A stretch of 64,000 nucleotides of DNA, from assembly GCA_041919795.1 (NCBI GenBank), contig JAYRTC010000015.1, positions 23,721-87,720 of the forward strand, written 5' to 3'. This DNA is from Pseudoxanthomonas sp. Lineage in GTDB: Bacteria > Pseudomonadota > Gammaproteobacteria > Xanthomonadales > Xanthomonadaceae. The notes beneath the pieces were generated by a model. It did not search any database. It was not told where the DNA came from and saw only the letters and a program-made list of their open reading frames with translations. The position numbers and the translations under genes are program-made. Positions 52,701 to 60,505 of the stretch are shown one piece after another (positions within the stretch are counted from its first letter, which is position 1; each line of letters begins with the position of its first letter).

Positions 52701-52979
52701 CGACGCGATCTCCTTCGCGCGCTCCGCCATGGCGTACTCGATCGCGGGCGGATAGATGTCCAGTCCCGTCACGACCAAGCCCTCGCGAGCCATCAGGATC
52801 GCGGCAATGCCCTGGCTGCAGCCAATGTCGAGCACGGTCGAGCCACGCGCGTTAGCGCACATCCAGTTGATCCGATCGCGCGTCTTCTGCCCAAAGGCAG
52901 CACCCATTGCATCGTAATAGGCCTCGTTGATGCGATCTGCCAACGGATTGGTGGCGTCATGGTCGTCATGCATGGTCAT
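49716..52979 (-). CDS. Methyltransferase / long coiled-coil / CgeB-like glycosyltransferase fusion protein (1087 aa)
   Basis: SAM motif I VLDIGCSQG (aa ~49-56). aa ~225-480 are Ala/Glu/Arg/Gln/Leu-rich helical sequence with 11-residue repeats. Lys/Pro linker. aa ~575-895 are paralogous to module B of the 47146..49707 product (AESAWRG...PTIFWNKEDP...FAGSYY...MFSRRVFELLACGT). Confidence 0.8.
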   Translation of the reverse strand: MTMHDDHDATNPLADRINEAYYDAMGAAFGQKTRDRINWMCANARGSTVLDIGCSQGIAAILMAREGLVVTGLDIYPPAIEYAMAERAKEIASVQQRLEFRCGELAALGEGQYDTVVMGEVVEHQTNPVRFIRQGAAHVAPGGRIIITVPYGLHPWPDHKSSIFPRHLHEAIVDGFMLQTIAVTDGYIRVVADRRAADEPVGDDMDMLLRVTETGAIDAQTSYYAANSAAQENAKARGALEHTLKGMRGEKAALVARQGELELSLALGAERASSLQAAFDNARLAAADSGTEHAEALRTKKEEHAQALHAQREEHAQALRTLREDHMERVNALRDDHSERIRMQESLVDTHSRRVDALMQQLATLQVDTASAQAAERIATDRAQALQDEVKALHDADGTRSRAFNESLGAARARAQELQTAADEMNVRIRKMTAELAEAQEKRSGHWAKLEAEQARSKALIALAQSLHEESQRYEHSIALAIGRAMLGLGSVRGIIGFPRAVARVVRMYQRRRDGTLPMAQLVLPPLPKPKPTAKSGGAAAPGKSDKHEDPLSRNEEQKKKLAVIGWEQESPHGSIPVMSVLDEFSRACFAPHANLIETRPDNWEGLLERFSPRFLLAESAWRGNRGTWRYRVASAEHPPGDEFANMVEGFRSRGVPTIFWNKEDPVHFDAFIESASRCDVVLTTSAESIDRYRLKTSARVEVMQFAAEDSLQNPQGSSRRNGKVCFAGSYYTEGFEARKSGQSMLLEAAKAYDLDIYDRNHRDVGARSEFAFPQDYAPYIRGRLDYDALSRKYREYQVFLNVNSVDDSSTMFSRRVFELLACGTPVVSTWSHGIAETFGDDIVWQVRSQDEAEAALRVLTTDPLEWRRRSLAGIRAVLARHTYRHRFGRILSLMGEREGSGLRLIAIAEIADQAEAEAAFATFGRQQTTDDIRRQLLLVCRNGFRFDGQWPDVRTIPDTQVPLTQLIDWERESVPDAVVALLSPRAVYGRHYLQDAVHAVRYSGALVVGKAVDGAEYEWGRTLDSRTLVINTAAMRTAGTKAGGLLDAQGGLAPAFASKAYASDSANFAAVDAQDDRDALLQKIEV

Positions 52980-52990
52980 TGGGGCCTTGC

Positions 52991-54265
52991 TCAGGGCGAC
53001 TTGGAGTTCCAGAATCCGGTAGCGTCGATTACCGTCTTGCCCACGGGGCGCGCGACACTGCGGAACGCAGAGTGGCTGACGAGCATGACGACCACGTCGG
53101 CGGCGTCCACCGTCGATTCCAGGGGGCCGAACACGATGTCATCGTACGACTCATGCGCCTCGCCCGAATGCCCGATCGTGTTGGCGAACGGGTCGATGCA
53201 GGTCACGCGGCCCGGGTAGCGCGCGGTGATAGCGCGTGCGATCTGCAACGACGGGCTTTCGCGGAAGTCGTCCACATCCGGCTTGTAGGTCAGGCCCAAG
53301 CACGCGATGCGCGGCTGCGACACGGCGGCCGCAGCCACGGCGTGTGCGACTTGCTCGAGCACGTAGGCAGGCTTGGTGTCGTTGACCTCGCGCGCGGTGC
53401 GGATCAAGCGCGCCCGTTCGGGCGCGCCGGAAACAATGAACCATGGATCCACCGCGATGCAGTGGCCGCCAACACCAGGACCCGGCGCCAGAATGTTGAC
53501 CCGGGGATGGTGATTAGCCAATTCGATGACGCGCCATGCGTCCATTCCCGCATCACCGCAGATCATCGACAGTTCATTTGCGAAGGCGATGTTCACGTCG
53601 CGGAACGCGTTTTCGGCGAGCTTGCACAGCTCTGCGGTGCGATCATCCGCCTTCAGGCACGCGCCCTTTACGAATGCCCCGTATAGCCCGGCAGCAGCAT
53701 CCGAGCATTTCTGCGACATGCCACCGATGATCCGATCATTCTCGACCAATTCGGTCAGCATGCGCCCGGGAATGATCCGTTCGGGGCAATATGCGAGATG
53801 GATATCCGCATCCGCCACGCCATCTAGCGGGAAGCGCAGATCGGGCCTTAGCTTGGCAAGAGTCCGCGCCAACTCCTTGGTCGTCCCGACCGGCGAAGTT
53901 GATTCGAGGACTATCAGGTTACCCGGACGAAGAACCGGGGCCAAAGCTCGCCCGACCGCCTCGACATAACTCGTATCGGGAGCCTTGCTGTCGTGATCCA
54001 CCGGCGTCGGAACCGCAATTATGAACGCATCAGCCGGCTCAGGACTCATGGTTGCGCGCAAGCTGCCATTGGCGACCGCTGCTTCGACGAGCTCCCCGAG
54101 CATGGGCTCAACGATGTGAGTACGTCCACTGTTGATGGTGTCGACCGCGTGCTGATTGACATCTACGCCAATGACACGCTTTCCACACGTCGCGAACATG
54201 GTCGCGGTAGGAAGTCCGATATAGCCCAAGCCGATGACCGATACGGTATCGAATGACTGCTCCAT
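52991..54265 (-). CDS. wecC: UDP-N-acetyl-D-mannosamine dehydrogenase (nucleotide-sugar dehydrogenase)
   Basis: VSVIGLGYIGLPTA Rossmann motif, catalytic GGHCI. Collinear with WecC/Cap5O-type enzymes. Confidence 0.88.
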   Translation of the reverse strand: MEQSFDTVSVIGLGYIGLPTATMFATCGKRVIGVDVNQHAVDTINSGRTHIVEPMLGELVEAAVANGSLRATMSPEPADAFIIAVPTPVDHDSKAPDTSYVEAVGRALAPVLRPGNLIVLESTSPVGTTKELARTLAKLRPDLRFPLDGVADADIHLAYCPERIIPGRMLTELVENDRIIGGMSQKCSDAAAGLYGAFVKGACLKADDRTAELCKLAENAFRDVNIAFANELSMICGDAGMDAWRVIELANHHPRVNILAPGPGVGGHCIAVDPWFIVSGAPERARLIRTAREVNDTKPAYVLEQVAHAVAAAAVSQPRIACLGLTYKPDVDDFRESPSLQIARAITARYPGRVTCIDPFANTIGHSGEAHESYDDIVFGPLESTVDAADVVVMLVSHSAFRSVARPVGKTVIDATGFWNSKSP

Positions 54266-54417
54266 TAGAAAAATCCTGTTTTTGATGAGTTACTTTTCTG
54301 TGCCGACGCATCGCGACCACGCCGCGATGGTAACGCAGACCCCGTCAAGGGAACGGGGCCGCCACAAATCCTCGACACGCAACCATGCGGGGAGTGGCAG
54401 AGGAATGGAATCCCGCA

Positions 54418-55194
54418 TCACGCCGCCGGCGCTACACTCGGCGGAGCGGGGGCACGGAGCAGGTCGGCGTATTCCTGCAACACGTCATCTACGGTCCCCA
54501 GCGCGCGCAACCGCCCCGCCTCGATAAGCATGGCGCGGTTACACACGCTACGCAACAAGTGCGCGCTATGGCTTGCAAGAACCACAATCTTCGCGTTCTC
54601 CACCCGCGACTTGAGCCGCTCAGTCGCCTTCTCGACGAAAGCGCTGTCCCCAGTGCCGATCCATTCGTCCATGATGAGGATCTCGTGCTGTACTGCCGTG
54701 GCAAGCGCAAACCCGAGACGCATTTTTTGTCCCGCCGACAGCGTGCGCAACCGATGGCCCGATTTCTCCTGGAGCTCGGCGAAATCGAGTACTTCGTCAA
54801 TTACCGCGGCTGCCTGGGCCGGGCGCAGGCCCATCGCGATTCCCCGCAGGAGGATATTCTCGACTAACGTCGCCTCATGATTGAAGCCAAGCGAGATATT
54901 AAGCAATGCTTGACGCGTACCTTTCACCTCAAGGATTCCGCGGCTGGGTGGATATGCTCCAATCAATACTTTCAGCAGTGTCGACTTGCCGGCACCATTG
55001 CGCCCTACAACCGCTACCCGCTCACCTGCCAGAATCTCGAAACTGATGTCATCAAGTGTGGTCCGCAGCTCCCTGCGCGGCGGATTGAATGCTGCGCGCA
55101 GCAGTACACCTAGACCCGCGCGAATGCTCCTTTGGCCCTGGGTATAGATGGGCAGGTCCAGGCCAATTCCATCCGCTCGCAAAAAGCTGCTCAT
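54418..55194 (-). CDS. wzt: O-antigen/polysaccharide ABC exporter ATP-binding protein Wzt (short form, no C-terminal carbohydrate-binding domain)
   Basis: Walker A GRNGAGKST, signature LSAGQKMR, Walker B ILIMDEW. Only 258 aa. Confidence 0.88.
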   Translation of the reverse strand: MSSFLRADGIGLDLPIYTQGQRSIRAGLGVLLRAAFNPPRRELRTTLDDISFEILAGERVAVVGRNGAGKSTLLKVLIGAYPPSRGILEVKGTRQALLNISLGFNHEATLVENILLRGIAMGLRPAQAAAVIDEVLDFAELQEKSGHRLRTLSAGQKMRLGFALATAVQHEILIMDEWIGTGDSAFVEKATERLKSRVENAKIVVLASHSAHLLRSVCNRAMLIEAGRLRALGTVDDVLQEYADLLRAPAPPSVAPAA

Positions 55195-55197
55195 ATT

Positions 55198-55989
55198 TCA
55201 GATCCAGATAGGAACGAAGCGCGCGTAACGCCGATAGACCCAACTGGCCAGCAACCAGCCCCCCGCGGTCATTACACCAAGATAAGTCGGGGTCAGGCGT
55301 CCAACGGGTTCGCTCAGCAGCGGCGCACGCACCACCTCCACCAAGTGGAACAGGGGGTTGAGGCGGGCAATGAAACCTTGCAGGGTGTTGATCGGCACCT
55401 GATCTGCGCGCCACAGGATCGGTGTGAACAGGAAGCTCACCATCATGATGCTGCCGATAAGCTCATTCACGTCCGGCAACCTCGCGCCAAGAACAGCGAC
55501 GACCGTACCCATCCACGCTACGTTGACAAGCACTACGAGCAGCGCAGGCCATATGGTTACGAGGCCGAACAGATCAAAATCGGGGCTGATATACAGCGCA
55601 ACGGCGATAACAGGCACCGCGATGAAGAAGTAAAACAAAGCTTTTGCAATGACCCGTAGTACGTAATCGGTAAACCGCACTCGACCATCCTGGATAAACC
55701 CGGCATGGCTGTTGAACGTGCTGGTGCACTCGCTCAACGACACGGTTACGAGCCGGTAAACCACGTAGCCGATTCCCAAGTGCGCGATAATTCTAGCTGG
55801 CGGTTGTTGGCCTATCTGTGCATAGAACGCACCGATACCGAACGCGTAGAGGATTGGTGGAACGATGGCCCATATCAACCCAAGCCGTGACCGGCGATAC
55901 TTGCTCAGCAGGTCCAGCCACATCGCATACATCCAGAAACTTGGGTTTTTCAGGCTGTCCCGGTAATCCTTCCACAAAGAATGTTGCAT
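55198..55989 (-). CDS. wzm: O-antigen/polysaccharide ABC-2 type exporter permease Wzm
   Basis: 263 aa with 6 TM segments. Start region KNPSFWMYAMWLDLLSKYRRSRLGLIWAIV is typical of ABC-2 permeases. 3 nt upstream of wzt. Confidence 0.88.
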   Translation of the reverse strand: MQHSLWKDYRDSLKNPSFWMYAMWLDLLSKYRRSRLGLIWAIVPPILYAFGIGAFYAQIGQQPPARIIAHLGIGYVVYRLVTVSLSECTSTFNSHAGFIQDGRVRFTDYVLRVIAKALFYFFIAVPVIAVALYISPDFDLFGLVTIWPALLVVLVNVAWMGTVVAVLGARLPDVNELIGSIMMVSFLFTPILWRADQVPINTLQGFIARLNPLFHLVEVVRAPLLSEPVGRLTPTYLGVMTAGGWLLASWVYRRYARFVPIWI

Positions 55990-57161
55990 CAGCGAAGGGC
56001 CCTCTCGAGATCCACTCGAAGGTCATCAAACGATTCCACCCCCACGCTCAAGCGCACGAGATGATCCACTACGCCCAGTTCCAACCGTCGCTCCGCCGGC
56101 ACCGACGCATGCGTCATGATTGCCGGATGATTTACCAGGCTCTCTACCCCACCGAGTGATTCGGCCAGGGCGAACAATTCGGTTCGTTCGCAGAACCGCT
56201 TCGCTACGCTGGCACCGCCTTTGAGCAGGATCGACACCATGCCGCCGTAGCCATCCATCTGGCGCTTGGCCAACTCATGTTGCGGGTGCGACTTCAAGCC
56301 GGGGTACACCGCTTTCTCGATTGCCGGATGCCTTTCCAGCCATTCCGCCAGCGCCTGCGCGTTGTCGCAATGCGCCTTCATCCGCAGGTGCAGGGTCTTC
56401 AGTCCCCGCAAGGCCAGGAAGCTGTCGAACGGCCCCTGCACGCCGCCGATCGAGTTCTGCAGAAACGCGATCTGCTCGGCTAGTGCGGCATCGTCGCCAA
56501 CCACCACCATGCCACCGACCATGTCGGAGTGGCCATTGAGGTACTTGGTCGCCGAGTGCATGACGATGTGCGCGCCATGCTCGATCGGGCGCTGCAGGAT
56601 CGGCGAGCAGAAGGTGTTGTCGACCACCACGACGAGGTCGCGCTTGCGGGCGATCGCGGCTATCTGTGCGATGTCGACCAGCTTCAACAGCGGATTGGTC
56701 GGAGTCTCGATCCAGACCAACTTGGTCTCGGGGCGGATCGCGGCCTGGAACGCGGCTGGGTCGGTCAGGTCGACCCAGCTGAAGTCCAGCCCGGCGCTGC
56801 GGCGGCGGACGCGTTCGAACAGGCGGTAGGTCCCACCGTAGACATCGTCCATGGCGATGACGTGACTGCCGGTATCGAGCAGCTCGAGGATGGTCGAGGT
56901 CGCGGCCATGCCTGATGCGAAAGCGAAGCCGCGGCTGCCACCTTCTAGCGCGGCGACGCAACGCTCGTAGGCGAAGCGGGTCGGGTTGTGGCTGCGGGTG
57001 TACTCAAAGCCCTGGTGCACGCCGGGACTGGACTGGACGTAGGTCGAGGTCTGGTAGATCGGTGTCATCACCGCGCCGGTGCTGGAGTCGGGGGACTGGC
57101 CAGCATGGATGGCGAGTGTCCCGAGCCCGGGCCTGTGTGTTTCTGTCTCACCGGCGTTCAT
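55989..57161 (-). CDS. metB: Cys/Met-metabolism PLP enzyme (cystathionine gamma-lyase/synthase family)
   Basis: SATKYLNGHSDMVGG PLP-lysine motif. Its stop overlaps the wzm start (TGATG). Confidence 0.9.
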   Translation of the reverse strand: MNAGETETHRPGLGTLAIHAGQSPDSSTGAVMTPIYQTSTYVQSSPGVHQGFEYTRSHNPTRFAYERCVAALEGGSRGFAFASGMAATSTILELLDTGSHVIAMDDVYGGTYRLFERVRRRSAGLDFSWVDLTDPAAFQAAIRPETKLVWIETPTNPLLKLVDIAQIAAIARKRDLVVVVDNTFCSPILQRPIEHGAHIVMHSATKYLNGHSDMVGGMVVVGDDAALAEQIAFLQNSIGGVQGPFDSFLALRGLKTLHLRMKAHCDNAQALAEWLERHPAIEKAVYPGLKSHPQHELAKRQMDGYGGMVSILLKGGASVAKRFCERTELFALAESLGGVESLVNHPAIMTHASVPAERRLELGVVDHLVRLSVGVESFDDLRVDLERALR

Positions 57162-57251
57162 GCATGCACCTCAGCCACGGCCATCGTTTAAAGCGAGCCG
57201 GGCATGGTAACACCGGCGCCCATTCCGTACGCCTGGATCCATTTACATGGA

Positions 57252-58592
57252 TTAACAAATACCTCGTGATACGGCTTCATTCAGCATCATTTCGAGCCTG
57301 GCTGCGGCGGCGCTCCAGCTCCAGGGCGCGACGCTGTCCGCAGATACGTCCAAACCTGCATGGAGTCCGCCAGACTCATGCTGGAGCCGAAGGCTAGTCA
57401 ACGCGTTGACGATGCCTTCCCGGGTTCCCGGAATCGACCAGCCGCGTTGCAGCTTTCCTAAAAGCGCACTGGCGGCGTCCTGGTCGACGGCTCGCACGTG
57501 CAGGATCGGGCGGCCGGCCCCGAAATATTCATAGAATTTCCCGGGAACCTGGGCCGGGTCCTGGTTGGCGAGATTGACCAGCACGTCGGCTTTGCGCTGC
57601 AGATCCAGCAGTTGGCGATGCGGCACGCACCCCAGTAGCCGCAGCTGGTCCGGATATGCGATAGCTTCGGCCAACAGCCAGTCGGGGAGATTGGCCGATG
57701 CTATGCTCAGCCGGATCCCGGGAATGGCAAGCACCGCCTTCACCAGCATTGACGGGTCCCGGAAGCTGTAGAAGCTGCCGGAGTACAGCAGTTCCAACGG
57801 CGCTTTCGCATCACCAGCTTGGTGAGGCTGTGCGGGAACCCGTTCGTCGAAACCCTGCTCAAGCACCGTCATGGGCGCTCCCGTCCGGTAACGACCTCTC
57901 AATCTCTCTGCTGTCTTCAGCGTCGTCACCAGCACTTGGTCGGCCCGACGTAGAGTTGCTTCCTCCAGCTTCCCTGCTCGCCGCTGCCAGCGCGGAGGCG
58001 TATAGACCGCCAATACCGGGTCACCCAGATCGGCTACCCACGGATATCCTGATGCCTTGGCGACCAAACCGACCTGTAGGGTAGTCGCCGGTTCGTGCGA
58101 AGAGACGACCACGTCAGGACCGATCTGATCCAGCAATCCCGGCAACGCCCGTAATGCGGGCCCCAGCCATTCGCCGCGCAGGTCCGGGAAAATCACCCAG
58201 GACACTGCTTTCCGGAATCGCTCCACCAAGCGACCTTTCCAATTCAGACGAAGCGGCGCGGGCGCTATCGCGGTAGCCGGTACGATCGACCGCGCAGCTT
58301 GCTCAGCCGCAGGCAGCACAGGCCGCCGCGATACCAGCCAGTCCAGAAACGCACGGATCGGACCGGGATTCACGCGGTGAATCCGCATTCCCGGCCATGG
58401 ATCCGGCAATCCTGCGAACGTGCCGGAAATATCCGGAGCCATGACATGGACTTCATGGCCAAGCTCAGCCAGTCTCCCGCTCAGATAGGCCCAGCGAAGT
58501 GATTGCGGCGATGGGCTCGGCGGATATTCATAGGCGATCACCAGGATCCGCAGCTTGCGAATGCTGTTTTCTAACCTCTCCGTCGTGATCAC
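57252..58592 (-). CDS. GT-B fold glycosyltransferase (GT4-like)
   Basis: N-terminus RILVIAYEYPPSPSPQSLR. C-terminal nucleotide-sugar-binding half with EYFGAGRPIL. The GTG start overlaps the cbs stop (GTGA). Confidence 0.78.
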   Translation of the reverse strand: MITTERLENSIRKLRILVIAYEYPPSPSPQSLRWAYLSGRLAELGHEVHVMAPDISGTFAGLPDPWPGMRIHRVNPGPIRAFLDWLVSRRPVLPAAEQAARSIVPATAIAPAPLRLNWKGRLVERFRKAVSWVIFPDLRGEWLGPALRALPGLLDQIGPDVVVSSHEPATTLQVGLVAKASGYPWVADLGDPVLAVYTPPRWQRRAGKLEEATLRRADQVLVTTLKTAERLRGRYRTGAPMTVLEQGFDERVPAQPHQAGDAKAPLELLYSGSFYSFRDPSMLVKAVLAIPGIRLSIASANLPDWLLAEAIAYPDQLRLLGCVPHRQLLDLQRKADVLVNLANQDPAQVPGKFYEYFGAGRPILHVRAVDQDAASALLGKLQRGWSIPGTREGIVNALTSLRLQHESGGLHAGLDVSADSVAPWSWSAAAARLEMMLNEAVSRGIC

Positions 58593-59959
58593 TGCACCCG
58601 CCGCCGCAGGTAGTTCAGCAGATCGATGCGGGTGATCAGGCCGAGGAAGGCGTCGCCGTCGGTGACGATGGCGACCTGGCCGCGGTCGAACACCGGCAGC
58701 AGGGCCTCGATCGGCGATTTCACGTCCAGCCGGTCCAGCTTGCTGACCATGGCGGTGGAAACCGGGTCGCGGAAACGGTCCTCGTCGCCGTACACGTGCA
58801 GCAGCACGTCGCTCTCGTCGACGATGCCGACCAGCTTCTCGCCCTGCATCACCGGCAGCTGCGAGACGTCGTAGAGCTTCATGCGCTGGTAGGCGGTGGT
58901 CAGCAGGTCGGTGGGGCTGACCACCACCGTGTCCTTCTGGCTGTACGGGCGCAGGATCAGGTCGCGCAGGTCGCCGTGCTGGGCGCGTTCGATGAAGCCG
59001 TTGTCCAGCATCCAGTAGTCGTTGTACATCTTCGACAGATACTTGTTGCCGGTGTCGCAGACGAACACCAGCACCTTCTTCGGCGTGGCCTGTTCCCTGC
59101 AGTATTTCAGCGCCGCGGCCAGCAGGGTGCCGGTGGAGGAACCGCCGAGGATGCCCTCCTTGGCCAGCAGCTCGCGCGCGGTCAGGAAGCTTTCCTTGTC
59201 GCTGATCGCGTAGGCCTTCTTCACCCGGGTGAAGTCGGAGATCGGCGGCAGGAAATCCTCGCCGATGCCTTCCACCATCCAGCTGCCGGATTTTTCGCTG
59301 AGCGTGCCTTCGTTGATGTATTCGGTGAGGATGGAGCCGACCGGGTCGGCCAGGATCAGTTCCACGTTTGGCGCATGTTCGGCGAAGGCGCGCGACAGGC
59401 CGGTCATGGTCCCTGAGCTGCCGCAGCCGAAGACGATGGCGTCCAGCTGCCCATCCATCTGCCGCAGGATTTCCGGGCCGGTGCCGAATTCGTGCGCGGC
59501 CGGATTGTCGGGATTGCCGAACTGGTTGATGAAGAACGCGCCCGGGGTCTCGCTGGCGATGCGCGCGGCCAGGTCCTGGTAGTACTCGGGGTGGCCCTTG
59601 GCCACGTCCGAGCGGGTCAGCACGACTTCAGCGCCCATCGCCTTGAGGTTGAAGATCTTCTCCCGGCTCATCTTGTCCGGAACCACCAGCACCAGCTTGT
59701 AGCCCTTCTGCTGGGCCACCAGGGCCAGGCCGATGCCGGTATTGCCGGCGGTGCCTTCCACCAGGGTCGCGCCGGGCTTCAGCTCGCCGCGCCGCTCGGC
59801 GGCTTCGATCATCGACAGCCCGATGCGGTCCTTGATCGAACCGCCCGGGTTGGCGCTTTCCAGTTTCAGGTACAGCTCGCAGACGCCGGCATCCAGGCGC
59901 TGGGCCTTGACGATCGGGGTCTCGCCGATGAGTTCCAGTACCGATGAATATGTGGTCAT
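58589..59959 (-). CDS. cbs: Cystathionine beta-synthase (PLP domain plus tandem CBS domains)
   Basis: NPGGSIKDR, TAGNTGIGLA and C-terminal Bateman module (VSQLPVM...GIVDESDVL...VAIVTD). Confidence 0.92.
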   Translation of the reverse strand: MTTYSSVLELIGETPIVKAQRLDAGVCELYLKLESANPGGSIKDRIGLSMIEAAERRGELKPGATLVEGTAGNTGIGLALVAQQKGYKLVLVVPDKMSREKIFNLKAMGAEVVLTRSDVAKGHPEYYQDLAARIASETPGAFFINQFGNPDNPAAHEFGTGPEILRQMDGQLDAIVFGCGSSGTMTGLSRAFAEHAPNVELILADPVGSILTEYINEGTLSEKSGSWMVEGIGEDFLPPISDFTRVKKAYAISDKESFLTARELLAKEGILGGSSTGTLLAAALKYCREQATPKKVLVFVCDTGNKYLSKMYNDYWMLDNGFIERAQHGDLRDLILRPYSQKDTVVVSPTDLLTTAYQRMKLYDVSQLPVMQGEKLVGIVDESDVLLHVYGDEDRFRDPVSTAMVSKLDRLDVKSPIEALLPVFDRGQVAIVTDGDAFLGLITRIDLLNYLRRRVQ

Positions 59960-60130
59960 GCCGGTCGTGCGCTCGCATGCAGCGTGAGAGGGTTGGAATT
60001 ATCGCATCGCCGGGCCGGACCGGCGAACCGGGGCAGCGCGCTTGCCCCCCTTCCTTGCGTAGCAAGGAAGGGCTGAGGAGGGGTTGCTCGGGTATCTATG
60101 CACTTCATGGGAAGCGAGGAAGGTCAAGGG

Positions 60131-60170
60131 CACCCTCCTCAATCCTCCCCTGCGCTGCGCGCAAGGGAGG
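60131..60170. repeat. REP-like element nearly identical to 24995-25033
   Basis: caccctcctcaatcctcccctgcgctgcgcgcaagggagg, in the same orientation at both sites. Confidence 0.8.
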
Positions 60171-60178
60171 CCCAGCAC

Positions 60179-60206
60179 GAAAAAGCCCGCGACTGGACTC
60201 GCGGGC
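60179..60206 (-). terminator. Intrinsic terminator after the DUF465 gene
   Basis: Minus strand reads gcccgcgagtccagtcgcgggc followed by TTTTT. Confidence 0.7.
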
Positions 60207-60286
60207 CTTGCTTGCAATCGAGTGACGCGGACGGCGACCGCCGACGAGGAGGCGATCGCCGCCCGCGACAATGGAACGCGGGGACG

Positions 60287-60505
60287 TCAGTGGAGGTTGG
60301 CGTCGTAGATTCGTATAAGTCGTTCTTTCGCGGCGAGTTTCTCGCGCTTCATCTGGCCCAGGGTGGTGTCGTCGATGGGCAGCACGCCGAGTTCGGCGTC
60401 GGTGACCTTCTTGTTGAGTTCGCGGTGGCGCTGGTACAGCTGCTTGAACTCCGGATCGGCCTTGATCAGTGCGTCGATTTCGGTTTGCGGTTGTCCTTCG
60501 AACAT
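60287..60505 (-). CDS. YdcH/DUF465 family protein
   Basis: 72 aa. ...DPEFKQLYQRHRELNKKV...LKREKLAAKERL is typical of DUF465. Confidence 0.8.
   Translation of the reverse strand: MFEGQPQTEIDALIKADPEFKQLYQRHRELNKKVTDAELGVLPIDDTTLGQMKREKLAAKERLIRIYDANLH

Noticed and set aside
39558-58600. Transposase, integrase, IS ends or tRNA attachment site that would mark the O-antigen locus as a classical genomic island.
   Set aside because: None was found by reading all six frames. The atypical composition is the only signature of foreign origin, so no mobile_element feature is reported.
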